A stretch of 63,801 nt of DNA, the filler included, from Chiloscyllium plagiosum (Eukaryota): the NCBI RefSeq assembly GCF_004010195.1. It is 7 parts of one record of this genome, joined end to end, with 100 filler letters (N's around TTAATTAATTAA, not from the genome) between each part and the next. Parts side by side here need not be neighbours in the genome. Positions count along the whole stretch, not along the records: positions 1 to 20,671 come from NC_057717.1; 6 more parts are not named here. One strand, given 5' to 3'. The notes under the pieces are model-generated. The model worked only from the letters and a program-made list of their open reading frames with translations, had not been told where the DNA came from and did not search any database. A program made the translations under genes and the position numbers. Positions 1 to 11,131 of the stretch are shown here, piece after piece. The stretch's first letter is position 1. Every line of letters begins with the position of its first letter.

Positions 1-346
1 ATTTGGCTGGGACAACACTACCATTATAGGGCAAGCGAAACAAAGAACAGCCAGGGAATTCCTAGAAGCATGGCACTCATCCACAAACTCCATCAACAAA
101 CACATAGACCTGGACCCAATATACCGGCCACTACAGCGGACAGCTGAAACTGACAACCGGAAGCGGCAGGGACAGGCCACTATAAATGCCGGAGGAAACA
201 CAAGAGAAGCGCTTCACAGGAGGCTCCCAAGCACTGAGGATGTCACCTAGACAGGGGACGAAACGTTTGCAACAAAATCTTCCAGCTCGGCGAACACAAC
301 CACAGCAACAAGCACCCGAGCTACAAATCTTCTCACAAACTTTGAA
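1..346 (+). mobile_element. Penelope-like retroelement (Poseidon-type), 3' end: GIY-YIG C-terminus and 3' pLTR
   Basis: Translates to ...WDNTTIIGQAKQRTAREFLEAWHSSTNSINKHIDLDPIY; near-identical to the minus-strand GIY-YIG element at 35927-36640; both end in ...ctcacaaactttgaa. Confidence 0.85.
231..270 (+). ncRNA. Minimal type I hammerhead ribozyme motif in PLE pLTR
   Basis: gca-CUGAGGA-U-[GUCaCCU agac AGGgGAC]-GAAACGUU-ugc: conserved core, stem II, palindromic ACGU stem III, 3-bp stem I gca/ugc. Confidence 0.75.
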
Positions 347-460
347 GATATAAAAGGTGTCTAAGAGGCAACATTTTCACACAGAGAGTTGTGCATGTTT
401 GGAATGCAATGCCAGCAGAAGTGAGGGAAGCTGATACAAATGGTGGATGAGGTTGGAGCA
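347..460 (+). mobile_element. CR1 LINE 3' fragment
   Basis: aggcaacattttcacacagagagttgtgcatgtttggaatg matches the CR1 ORF2 C-terminal segment also seen near 17180 and 40980. Confidence 0.6.
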
Positions 461-634
461 CACAACAGCAGAGACTTCACAAATAAACCTGACCATATAT
501 TAACTAAGGAAAAAAAAAGATATGCAACATAACTCAATCTTTCTATGCAGACATCAACTTCCAAAAAAGCAATTTTTCAATATATCAGAGTACTTGCAAT
601 GTGGAAATGATTTCAATAGGTTATGTTACACGGT

Positions 635-861
635 CGGAGAAAGTGAGGACTGCAGATGCTGGAGATCAGAGCTGAAAATGTGTTGCTGGAAAAGCGCAGC
701 AGGTCAGGCAGCATCCAAGGAACAGGAGAATCGACGTTTCAGGCATAAGCCCTTCTTCAGGCTTATGATTCCTGAAGGAGGGCTGATGCCCGACACGTCG
801 ATTCTCCTGTTTCTTGGAAGCTGCCTGACCTGCTGCGCTTTTCCAGCAACACATTGTCAGC
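635..861. mobile_element. Palindromic PLE-derived insertion (family A, two inverted pLTR ends)
   Basis: Arms are reverse complements; flanked by imperfect 13-bp direct repeat tatgttacacggt (622-634) / tatgtcacacggt (862-874); same family as the 3' end of the PLE at 19965-20671. Confidence 0.8.
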
Positions 862-1310
862 TATGTCACACGGTATTCATGTCAGATAGGGCAAGTTTAT
901 TCTAAATGTAACTGTCATCATATTAAGATGGCGAATTTGCCGAAAACCGTCTCAGTGGTTATTGTCAGGAGATATAACATAGTGCTCGGCACTGCCTACG
1001 TTTAGTACAACAACCGAGTAGCTCTGGAAATTATTGCTCTGGAAATTCCAAAGTGTTTCTCTGCACAGTAGTGATAATGTCTCACCTTCCCAATCTCCAT
1101 GCCTCAGATTCAATGTGGGACACGTTTGGTTGCAACAATTTTTTTTCTTGATTGGCGCATGTTAGACATTTCACAAAATGTTTTGACGATATTCAGGAAC
1201 CAGGTTGGAGACATAGGTGACGTACCTGCTGAAGCAGCCGAGATTGGATTTGCAAAAGCGACATTTTATAGACGCAATGGGAAACAGTTGCTTTCAACCC
1301 TCTGTGAACT

Positions 1311-1585
1311 TGATTAGATTACTTACAGTGTGAAAATAGGCCCTTCAGCCCAACAGGTCCACACGGACCATCCAAATAGCAACCTACGCAGACCCATTCC
1401 CCTACACCACTGGGTATTTAGCATGGCCAATTCACCTAACCAGCACATTTTTGGACTGTGGGAGGAAACCCACGCACACACGGAGAAACGGTGCAAACTC
1501 CACACACAGTTGCCTGAATCGGGCATTGAACCCGAGTCTCTGGCGGTGTGAGCCTTTACAGCTCACCCTCGTGCCACGGTGCCAC
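1311..1585 (-). mobile_element. HE1-type V-SINE (tRNA-derived head, V-domain, CR1-like tail)
   Basis: Minus strand: B-box-like gggttcaatgccc, V-domain tgtgtggagtttgca..ttctccgtgtgtgcgtgggtttcctcccacagtccaaa, CR1-type tail ending in taatctaatc. Confidence 0.8.
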
Positions 1586-1789
1586 CACTACCCACTATCC
1601 CATTACACACTGGACCCAGTCGTGCAAACAACTTTCTACATCCACACTCTATCTCCTGTCACTGAGCCACGATTGCAAATCCAATCTCGGCTGCTTCAGC
1701 AGGTACGTCACCTATGTCTCCAACCTGGTTCCTGATATCACCAAAGTCCTGCACAATTTCACCAAGACATTCATGTTCCTATACCCAAA

Positions 1790-2545
1790 TCCACTCACTG
1801 CGAAGATTAGCACACCAATTCTCTTAGTCTCCACCTGCTGCACGTTCAGAGATTGTTGTGTCAGGGTGTCCAGATCTCATTACACCTCCTAGCTTCAAAT
1901 CCAGCACCATCCATGTGTTTACTTCTAAACCGATTCACTGATTCAGATATTGTGAAAAGCTGCGGTCCAGGCATGTCGTACGTTTACAGATAAATATCTA
2001 TTTATAATTAGTCTTTTTTTTGTCTACCATACAGTTCTCGATCCGTGTCATTTCACCGCCCCCAATGTCACGAGTCGGAATGGTTTTATGCTAATCTATT
2101 CTGTAGGATTTATCAAAAGCCATTAGAAAAAGTCCAAGAAAACTACATCCACTGGTTCCTACTAATCAATGACACTGTTTGCATCCCCGAACAATTCCAA
2201 TAGTTTTGTACAACATGATTTCCCTTTTGACAATTCATGGTGATTCTGTATTATACTTCATTCTTTTCCACATGCTCAGTGAGTAAATGTTTCATAATGG
2301 GCTCCCGTAATTTGGCTAATGCCAACATCAGGCTGACTGGTCTAAAATTCACAGTTTTGTCTCTGCGCCTCATTTTAAACATTGAGTCTACATTACCAAA
2401 TCTGCAATCTGTAGGAACTATTCCAGAATCGATCGAATTTTGAAAAATGACCACTAATGTTTCCAAAGGTTTTTTTTGTTAATTCCTGAAGTATTCTGCG
2501 ATATAGATTATTAATGTTTATGGACTTATCTGACTTTAATCCCAT
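1790..2545 (-). mobile_element. Degenerate CR1 LINE reverse transcriptase fragment
   Basis: ORF 2251-2466(-) LVVIFQNSIDSGIVPTDCR..NFRPVSL is the CR1 RT N-terminal motif. Confidence 0.7.
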
Positions 2546-2959
2546 AAAGTTTTCACAAGCCAACCATCCATATTCCTGTACTCAAATCCGCTCACTGAGT
2601 AAACCAACATACCACTTAACCTCTTCACCACCTGCGTGCTTCTGTATTAGGACGTGCATGTCTCATGATGTCTCCGCACTTCCAATCTGTCACCATGCAT
2701 ATTCGATCCAACTTTAATTCATGAAATTTTCTCAAACTAAGGAAGATATCTGTGCTGCGACAAAAATCCGCTCACTGTGAAAACCAACATTCCAGTTAAC
2801 TTCATAAAACGAATTTTCTCAATTTCCTTCCTCCCTCTGTAGTCTGTGATCCTAGCATTTTCCTTAGTACAAAGATACAGAATGCAGCAAATATAGAAAT
2901 GTCATTTCCTCTTACTGTCAGCGGTACTTTTCAATATGATTTCGACAAATCGAGTTTAG

Positions 2960-3110
2960 ATACGAATGATGAACTGCAAACCCTCTCTTTGTGACGACAA
3001 TTAATTTCCTATAGTCTATGCATAATCTAATTGAACTGTTTGGGGTGGAGGTTGGTTTGGAATCAATGCTACAGGAGAACTCCAATGACTCTGAGTGTAC
3101 AATCAAGACG
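2960..3110 (-). mobile_element. Ty3/Gypsy LTR-retrotransposon RT remnant
   Basis: PNSSIRLCIDYRKLIVVTK resembles the Gypsy RT motif (R)LCIDYRxLNxVT; short and degenerate. Confidence 0.5.
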
Positions 3111-4559
3111 CCCTGTGTCCGGTCTCTAGATTGTCATCAGTAATTTGCCTATTTTAGGTGGGTTGAATCACTCCCAAGAACATTTTTCGGCCATTGGACT
3201 GCCTTAGGAATACAAAAAGAAAAATGGCAAACAGTTTAGCTCCGTTGGCTGGGCTGTTGGTTCACAGAAGGAATCTCCTTCCTCACCGGAGCTGTGGTGG
3301 CACTTCAAGTTGAACCACCACCACCAGTCGCTTCTCCTAATAAGAGAGCAGCCTCTATGGCACATTAAAACTATGACGAAAACACGAAGAAATCAAAAGT
3401 TCGATTGTTCTGGGTAAAAAAAAAATGTTCATTTAATGCACAAGGTCGGTATAATGCAAGATATAAAGGCAAATCTAATTATGCGAAGGACAGTAATTAA
3501 ATGCACGTTATAGTCTATTAGAAGACAAACAGCAGTTTTAATCGCAGGCACATTCTTCAGGATTCCTACTCTAAGGGCCCCATTAACTGACAACACCTGC
3601 CATACCCTCCCTGACAGCTTGTTTGGAAACATTGGAAATTTAGGATTTTCAGCTCCCCACCGAGGGAAGTACCGTTTTAAAATGTGTACAATTTCTGATG
3701 GGCTCGCCTTCGATTCTCTTACCTCCAAATAGCCCTGTGTTTGGAAGGTTTTGCTCTGATAGCGTCTGGTTGGCATATCAACTCTCGGATGTCTTTATTG
3801 AATGATGTTCTTGTCTGATTTCTCTAATCAGCATCTCTTTTCAGCCTTCGTGGTTTTTGGTTCTGAAGCTGTTGGGTAGGCCTGGAACCTGTGGTGAAGC
3901 TCTTTATATAAAAAAATGTTGTTGGAAAGTCTGTCCGTCAGGTCACATGAGTGCTAATGGTTTATCGCCCCGTTTTGTACCCTCAAATCTATGTTGTCCA
4001 TTTTGTTTCTGGTATTCTCCTGAAGGTCAATTGGCTTCTTGACAATTAATATGTGCGACTGCATTTTGATTGACGCTGAATGCCCGATGTCTCTGCGAAT
4101 GAATTTTGATTGAGTTGAGTGTCCATTATCAACATAGGTTCAAAAAGGCCATTATATATATAATGTGAGGCGTAAAAGTCAGTTTCAGGCTAGAATGTTA
4201 GGCATGGTTGATTTCTGGTGGAGCTGTGAATTGGAAATCAAGGGAGAACAATGATTCCAAGCAGCCTTCTATATGTCTGTGTGTTTTTTCCAGAGCTCAG
4301 CCCAGCTGCTTCTTTGTTATTCTAAATCCTTGGTTTTAGATTAGAGGGACGTTTTGCTCAACCCACACGGGAGAAATCCAATTACTCTGACAGTTCAATC
4401 ATTTCATTGGCCAATAAGGTTGAACTTCATTTATTATTTTGCCCTGTTTCTCCAGTTTTTAACAAAATTGGTTTTGTCTTATTGGGACTGAATTACCTAC
4501 ATCCGCTTCATATTCGATTAATGTGGTACATCCAAGTGTATATTTAAAAGACAATACAT

Positions 4560-4990
4560 CGGTGTCGCATTAGACCTTTCGACCATTGAGTCGGCTCTCC
4601 CATTCTGCCATATTTGATTTATTTGTCACCCCATTCTCCGACCTTCTTTTCATTATGTTTGAACCCATTACCAATCAAGAACCTATCTGTTTCTGCCTGA
4701 AATACACAGAAATTGGCCTTTGCAGCCCTCTTCAGTGATGTGTTTCACAGATTTACCAGTTGCTGGCTGAATAAATTCCTCATAATCTCAGTTCCTAAGG
4801 GTGGTCCTATCACTCAGAACCTGTGCCCTTATATCTTCGTCTGTCTGAGTCGTGGAAATATCTTCTACATGCCTACTTTATTCAGGCCTCTCAGTAATCT
4901 ATAAATTTGAATGAGATTTTGCCTCATCCTCTAAACTCCATTGAGTACAGAACGAGCACAGACGTCAGCCACTCCTCGTATAAACGTATT
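4560..4990 (-). mobile_element. CR1 LINE 3' end fragment
   Basis: Reverse-complement similarity to the CR1 3' region (ccattgagtcggctctcccattc..., ttcacagatttacca, aaattcctcataatctcagt). Confidence 0.5.
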
Positions 4991-5264
4991 TCATTCTTTG
5001 AGCCTCTGTTTATCTTTCTCCAGATGCAAAAGTATGGTGTCTGAATTCTCTACCATTTATGAGTTTGTTCATCTAACAGGAGGAAATTCATTTTGGGAAT
5101 GGCCCATTTCTCTTTGACTGTCCTGCCATTACTCATCCACTTCTCCACTACACTCAGTACTTGACACACCTACACACGACAGAATGGTTCCTCAAAAACT
5201 GGGAAATGGATTAACGATGCTGCTTTCAACTCATGATGAGGTTTACCTACAGCTTAACAAGTTT

Positions 5265-6750
5265 TTTTTATTCATTCAATTTGGTGGATGCGGGCGTTCC
5301 TGGGCTAATATTATTTGTTCGTCATATTTTGCACTTGAGAAACTGACTTCATGAACTGCTGCAGTCCACCCGGTGTGGGTTTAACCACGATGATATTAGG
5401 GAGGCAATTCCAAAATTTGGGCGCAGCAACAAAGAAGTTACGACAACATAATTTCAAGACAGTTATATGAGTGGCTTGCGGGAGAATCTGAACGTGGTGG
5501 CGTTTGCATCTACCTGCTGACCTTGTCCTTCGAGATGGAAGTTGTCGTGGGATGGGAAAGTGTTGTCTGAGGATCTTTGTTGAATTTCTGTCATGCGTCT
5601 TGTAGATAGCACACGCTGCTGCTACAGAGCGCCAGTGGTGGAGGGAACAGATGCTTGTGGATGCAGTTTCAGTCAAGTGGGTCCCATTGTACAGGATGCC
5701 ACCAAGCTTCTTGAGTGGTACTGGGGGCTGAACTCGTCCAGGCAAGTGCAGAGCAATCCATCACACATATAACATGTACCCTGTCGACGTTGGTGAGGGT
5801 TTTAGGAATCAAGAGGTTAATTGTCGAAATATTTCTTGCCTCAGACCTACACTTCTTTTTATGTGGCGACTCCAGTTGAGTTTCAAATCAACGGGAGCTC
5901 CCACTCAGGGATACAGTTTTGATAATACAATTGAATTTCGGGGGGTGGTGGTTAAAGTGTTTCTTATTGGTGATGGACGTTGACTGGTATTCATGTAGCG
6001 CAAGTATTATTTACCAGTTGTCAGCCAAAGCCTTGGATATTGTCCAGATCTTGTTGCATTTGAACACGGAAGGCTTCACTATCTGAAGAATGGAAAATGG
6101 TGCTGAACATTGTGCAATCATTGGTAACAATACCAACTTATGATGGTGGGAAGGTCATTGATAAATCAGCTGAAAATGCCCCGAGGAACACGTGTAGAGA
6201 TGTCGTGGAGCTGTGATAACTCAGCTCCAACAAGTACGGCCATCATCCTTTCTGTCAGGTATGACTTGAAACACCGGAATGTTTATCCCGAAAACAATTG
6301 ATTCTAGTTTTTCTGTTGATCCTTGACGTCTCACTCAGTCGAATGAAGGGCTGTCACTCTCAACTCATCTCTGAAAATCAGTTTGAACAGAGGATGAAAT
6401 TAATTCAAGACTGATTTGCATTGGCCGAACCCAAAGTGAGCGTCACTGAGCAGGTTATTGATGAGCAGGTGCTGCTTGATTGTGGTGTTGATTACTCCGT
6501 TCATCACATTAATGACGGTCGAGTGCAGTCTGACGGGCTATAATTGGCCAGTATGGATTTATCCTACTTCGTATGTACAGGACATACGAGAGCAATTCCC
6601 ACTTCCTCAGGTCAGTGTTAATGTTCTAATTGTACTGGAACTGTTTGGCTCGGGGAGTAAAAATTTCTCGAGTAGAAGTCGTCAGTGCTGTTACTGTCAT
6701 GCTGTCAGTGTCTGTAGGTGCGTTTCCCCCGACAGGGATAGAAGAATCAG
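5265..6750 (-). mobile_element. Non-LTR retrotransposon (CR1/L2-group) RT and 3' end, degenerate
   Basis: ORF 5311-5745(-) SLHHWRSVAAACAIYK..LRQHFP.PR.LPSRRTR..WNCLP; same family as 50265-51290; 3' end tgaatgaataaa on minus strand. Confidence 0.7.
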
Positions 6751-7087
6751 TATGCAGACAGAACTCTGTAAATTGGAGGTTAATTCATGTGGAAACCAGT
6801 TCAATCACGTAGAATGCCAAATGGTCTTACCTGAACCTGGGCTCGACATGCAAACTCAGTTATACATTTCATTTTTAGCTAGGATTAAAAGATAGATCAA
6901 TGACACACTCTAACCTGTACAGTGCTAAAGCAGCATTTATTTTAATACACTTCTATATTACAATAATAACATACAACGTATTTACAGCGCTTCACTCCTA
7001 ATTCATGCAACCAACTTGAAAAACTCCTAGCTGGAAATGTCTTGCTGGAAAAGCGCAGCAGGTCAGGCAGCATCCAGGGAACAGGAG

Positions 7088-7123
7088 AATCGACGTTTCG
7101 GGCATAAGCCCTTCTTCAGGAAT
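7088..7123 (-). ncRNA. Minimal type I hammerhead ribozyme motif
   Basis: Reverse complement of the motif at 7263-7298; core intact. Confidence 0.7.
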
Positions 7124-7262
7124 GGGGAAAGTTTGTCCAGCAGGCTAAGATAAAAGGTAGGGAGGAGGGACTTGGGGGAGGGGCGTCGGAAATGTGATAA
7201 CGCCCCTCTCCCAAGTCCCTCCTCCCTACCTTTTATCTTAGCCTGCTGAACAAACTTTCCCC

Positions 7263-7298
7263 ATTCCTGAAGAAGGGCTTATGCCCGAAACGTCGATT
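7263..7298 (+). ncRNA. Minimal type I hammerhead ribozyme motif
   Basis: auuc-CUGAAGA-A-GGGC uuau GCCC-GAAACGUC-gauu. Confidence 0.7.
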
Positions 7299-7562
7299 CT
7301 CCTGTTCCCTGGATGCTGCCTGACCTGCTGCGCTTTTCCAGCAACACATTTCCAGCTCTGATCTCCAGCATCTGCAGACCTCACTTTCTCCTTGAAAGAA
7401 TCCTAATCAATGCAGCGAAAACCTATGGGTAGCCTCAGTTTCCTATGACTTCATGGTGTTTATCAGTAGTAAATCCCGAGTCCTTGAGGTCTTCCTCTGG
7501 ATCTTATTCATTCGCGTTCTGAAGTGACTGGCTATACTCCCTCAGATACGATATGAAGCGTT

Positions 7563-7566
<4 letters not shown>

Positions 7567-7604
<38 letters not shown>
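7567..7604. repeat. (TA)n microsatellite
   Basis: Perfect TA dinucleotide run. Confidence 0.95.
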
Positions 7605-7608
<4 letters not shown>

Positions 7609-8632
7609 CCACATCTTGCAGCTGGTCATTATCCTTTTATTGGCGTAATCGTTTTTTCGTTAGTGCGCTGAGAATATTTGCTTGTTTGTTCCTGAGCATG
7701 TTCTTAATATAACTGTCCAGGATGGCTGCTGCTTAAGACTCACTTTACTGGCTTTATGGTAGTTTTCTTCAAAGGTATCATTGTTTCCTTTACTTAAAGA
7801 CTTGGGCAGACTGTTCGTCTCGTTTATCCCTTCACATCCATCTTCTAATCCGAAAGCATGCTGCCTCTTTCTGTTTGTCAGCCAATTTGTGTGTGAAGAC
7901 ATGGCGCATTTTATTCGAAGCACGTACGTTTCACCCGACAGTCTGCTACAACCGAAATGACTCCCTGCAGGAAACAACTCAATGGTGTCAATTTGTGACC
8001 AGTGCTTAACTAAAGCGAACCTCAGATTAGAACGAGTCCTCATTTCCTGAAATGATCCAATTGAAAAAATATATTTTTGTGAGAACCATATGCGTTTCAG
8101 CTGATGTAATGGAATCTTGTATTTAGCAATAATGTAAGTAGTCGGACGCTTCAGTTCCGTAGCCATATTTTTGAACTGGCTCACCCACCTCTCTTTTCAC
8201 TTCAAACAAAACTTAACCGATTCTTGTCTACGTAATGTTCTCCAATCCCAAGAGTAATGCACACTCCACTAATATCCCCGGGCCTTCAGAAGCCTTGTAA
8301 TATTTGTAACGTCCACCGGACTGTTAAGCCATTCTGAATTCTGCCCAGAATTCTTTTCCATCTTTTCATAGAGGCAAGTTAAATAACAGAGCAAATATAT
8401 TAAAACAGGCCAGGTGTACCAATAATACTGGATATTTAGCAGCTGAGTGACCAGGATAGCGAATTGGAAATTGAAGGATTATAAACATATATACAGGTCG
8501 GGTAAACAGGCCAAGATGTGAAGTAGATTTGTGCATAAAGGGTATGATTAATAGTTGTGAGATTATTCAATTTACCTACTGCTCTTGCTAGCCATGGGTC
8601 CTCATCCTGATGCATCGATCCTGTCAGACAGT

Positions 8633-8862
8633 CGTAACAGCACTTGTAACAGCCTCAATGGGCAGATTGGTCTCCTCATGTTGCTGTTTAACAGGCTCAA
8701 GCGGCTGAACGGACCACTCCTGTTCATGTGTAGGAAACTCTGGAGGCTGAATGACCATCTCCTCCTCTGTAACAATCACGGTAGGCTGGACGAACTACTG
8801 TCTGTTCTTCTGTAACAGGCTCGGGAGGCTGAATGACCTACTCGTCTTCGTGTCTAACAGGA
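8633..8862 (+). repeat. Degenerate ~41-bp minisatellite derived from a CR1 3' terminus
   Basis: About 5-6 units resembling gtaacaggctcgggaggctgaatgacctactc..gttc. Confidence 0.6.
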
Positions 8863-10494
8863 TTGTAGCAGAGTATGGCTCTCCAGCCAAAGCTCCCTGG
8901 TCCGAACATTATTTTTCTTTTCTTCCTATATTTTCCTTCTTTTCTCCATTTTTATTCAATTGCACTTACCCGAAGGTAAGGGACGAGTTGAGAGCACTGG
9001 GGCCGAAACCCAGAGTGGAGGCCAGCACAGGGAATCAGTCTCGGCAAAGAGGCTGGCGCAGGAAATTGAGTCAGAGCAGAGGCTTTTGAGGAGAACCCAG
9101 TCCTGGAGAAAACTTAGTTGGAGCAGCTGAGAACCAGAATGTAGGCTTGAAGCGGACTGGTGACTGTTGCTTTGAATTGGATCTGGTGCTGTCGATCTGA
9201 ACACATGTGGAAACCCTGCGCTGAGCTACTGCAATGTAGAATTAATTCGTAATTTGTCTTTCTGACTGTAAGTTCCACCTTTTTAATTGTCACATTTCTC
9301 ACAGGTACTATGAATCACTGCAAAGTAACACAACGACTTTTCTTCTTTATTCTTCTTTATTCTTTTCTTCTTTATTCTTCTTTATTCTATTCTATTTTAT
9401 TTAAGATTTGCACCTGGGCACTTTGTACCTTAGATAGCGCCATTTGAGGCAACATTATAAGCTTTTCACTGTACTCCAGCAATGGTGTGATTGGCAACAT
9501 TTGTCAATAAAGTATACTCAAATAAGGGATATTCTAATAAATGATGATCAAACTCTAACAAATTACAGAGACAGAATGAAATCCTCCTGTAACTCTGTAA
9601 CAGTCTCGAGGTATTAAATGACACAGCAACCAGGTATTTCGATCAGCTGTTCAACTCTCACTTATGGTGGTCCCTTCTTTCTCAGTTACCCAAGCACAAA
9701 CAACACAATGTACTCCAAGTGTTCTCTCAGCGAGACCCCGAAAAGCTGCAGTAGCTTTTCCGAATGTTTTCAATCATTGCTTTTGGAAAATGTGTGAATA
9801 TTCCAGTTTTCCACCTCTCCAAGTGGGGGAAGCTCGAATGGTGTCCGCCTTTCCGTCTGGGAAAGGCGCAGTCGGGCCGAAATGCTGCCCTCTGTTCCCG
9901 AGCAGTAGTCACAATGCTTTGAATGATGTCTGAATCTTCTGAAATATTTGATTGTAGTGCACTTAAAAATAGGAGCTGTCTTACACAAAGTCAATGAACA
10001 CAAGATATTGTTACCCTCGGTTATGCATTCGAAAAAATCACCCCACTTATCCTTTTATGCAGCTAAACTGTTACTTTATCCCTGTCATATTCTATATACA
10101 ATATGGAACATATACAACCCTGCACTGTCCTGGATCTACTCCCACATATAAGGAAGAAAAATGAAAATGCTTGAACGATTTAAAGTCCATCCCTCAGCAA
10201 AACTCAACGATTGCATCTAGACCGAGGAAATGTTACCTTTTATGTGATATGAAAAGTGATGTAAGGAAGGAGTTAACTGATCTGTTTGTTTGGTAACTGT
10301 GATTAATGTCAGTTTCCCTGGATACTAATTATTCCAGTGAACTGTTTCGAGTTTTTTTAATGATAAACGGGTGACGTTCAAAGTGTTTTCCCATACTATG
10401 AGCGTGAGCATAAACTAACAGAGAGCAGCAGCTCCATCGAGAAAGGGAGGGAAGAGATCAGACTCTGGGAAAATTGTACTCGAATTTTCTAACA

Positions 10495-10675
10495 ATGGGT
10501 CAAAATGTGCGAACAATAGACTGGAATGTTGCAACAATGGACAGGAGTTTGACCTGGGATGTTTGGTACCTTTCTACATATTATGGTGGAATGTCAATAT
10601 CGATGCGGATCCAATATGTACTTGCGATTATTCAATATATTTATTATCCTATTCTGGCTATTGTTGGTATCCCTG
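10495..10675 (+). CDS. Orphan first coding exon of a GPR139-like class A GPCR (N-terminus and first half of TM1)
   Basis: ATG 10495; MGQNVRTIDWNVATMDRSLTWDVWYLSTYYGGMSISMRIQYVLAIIQYIYYPILAIVGIP then G|GTAAGT donor (phase 1); IYYPILAIVGIP is homologous to IYYPLLAAAGLL of the exon at 24024; cataaa at 10409. Confidence 0.7.
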
Positions 10676-10957
10676 GTAAGTCTCACTGTCATGTTATTTT
10701 TCTGTCCACATATGTGATTTTATTACTGTTCCGTTTATGTATTGTGCATTCCTTACCACTATTATACTTCTTGTTGACTCTCTGAATTCAGACATTCACT
10801 CCACAAACCACTGCTAACCGTATCATTGACCTTGTTTATTCACGCTTCACCTCATTGATTCTCGCAGTGTCCACCATGGGACACGATGTTTACCAAATCA
10901 TTCTCAGCTGAAAACGTTGCACAATTGTATCACTGATCTTATTACTTAAATATCGAT

Positions 10958-11131
10958 TTAAAAATCACAAAACACCAGGTTATAGTCCAATAGGTAAATT
11001 GGATACACACTAGATTTCGGAGCGTCTCTTCGAAAGCTAGTGTGCTTCCAATTAAATCTGTTGGACGAGAACCTGGTGTTGTGCGATTTTTAACTTTGTA
11101 CACCCAAGTCCAACACTGGCACCTCCCAAAT
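10958..11131. mobile_element. Palindromic PLE-type insertion (family B, short)
   Basis: aaaatcacaaaacaccaggttatagtccaa...ttggac.agaacctggtgttgtgcgatttttaa inverted arms plus a one-sided tail; same family as 14889-15540. Confidence 0.7.

Larger units (their letters stand above)
7030..7390. mobile_element. Palindromic PLE-derived insertion (family A) with two hammerhead motifs
   Basis: Near-perfect inverted arms; imperfect 15-bp TSD cttgaaaaactccta (7015-7029) / cttgaaagaatccta (7391-7405). Confidence 0.85.

Noticed and set aside
635..861. MITE/DNA transposon or microRNA hairpin
   Set aside because: Arms match the 3' end of a GIY-YIG PLE, TSDs are long, and centres differ between copies
1520..1585. 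tRNA gene
   Set aside because: A/B-box-like sequence is the head of the HE1 V-SINE; no cloverleaf
7660..8184. 174-aa minus-strand ORF
   Set aside because: No recognisable motifs or splice context; possibly LTR-like DNA but not supportable
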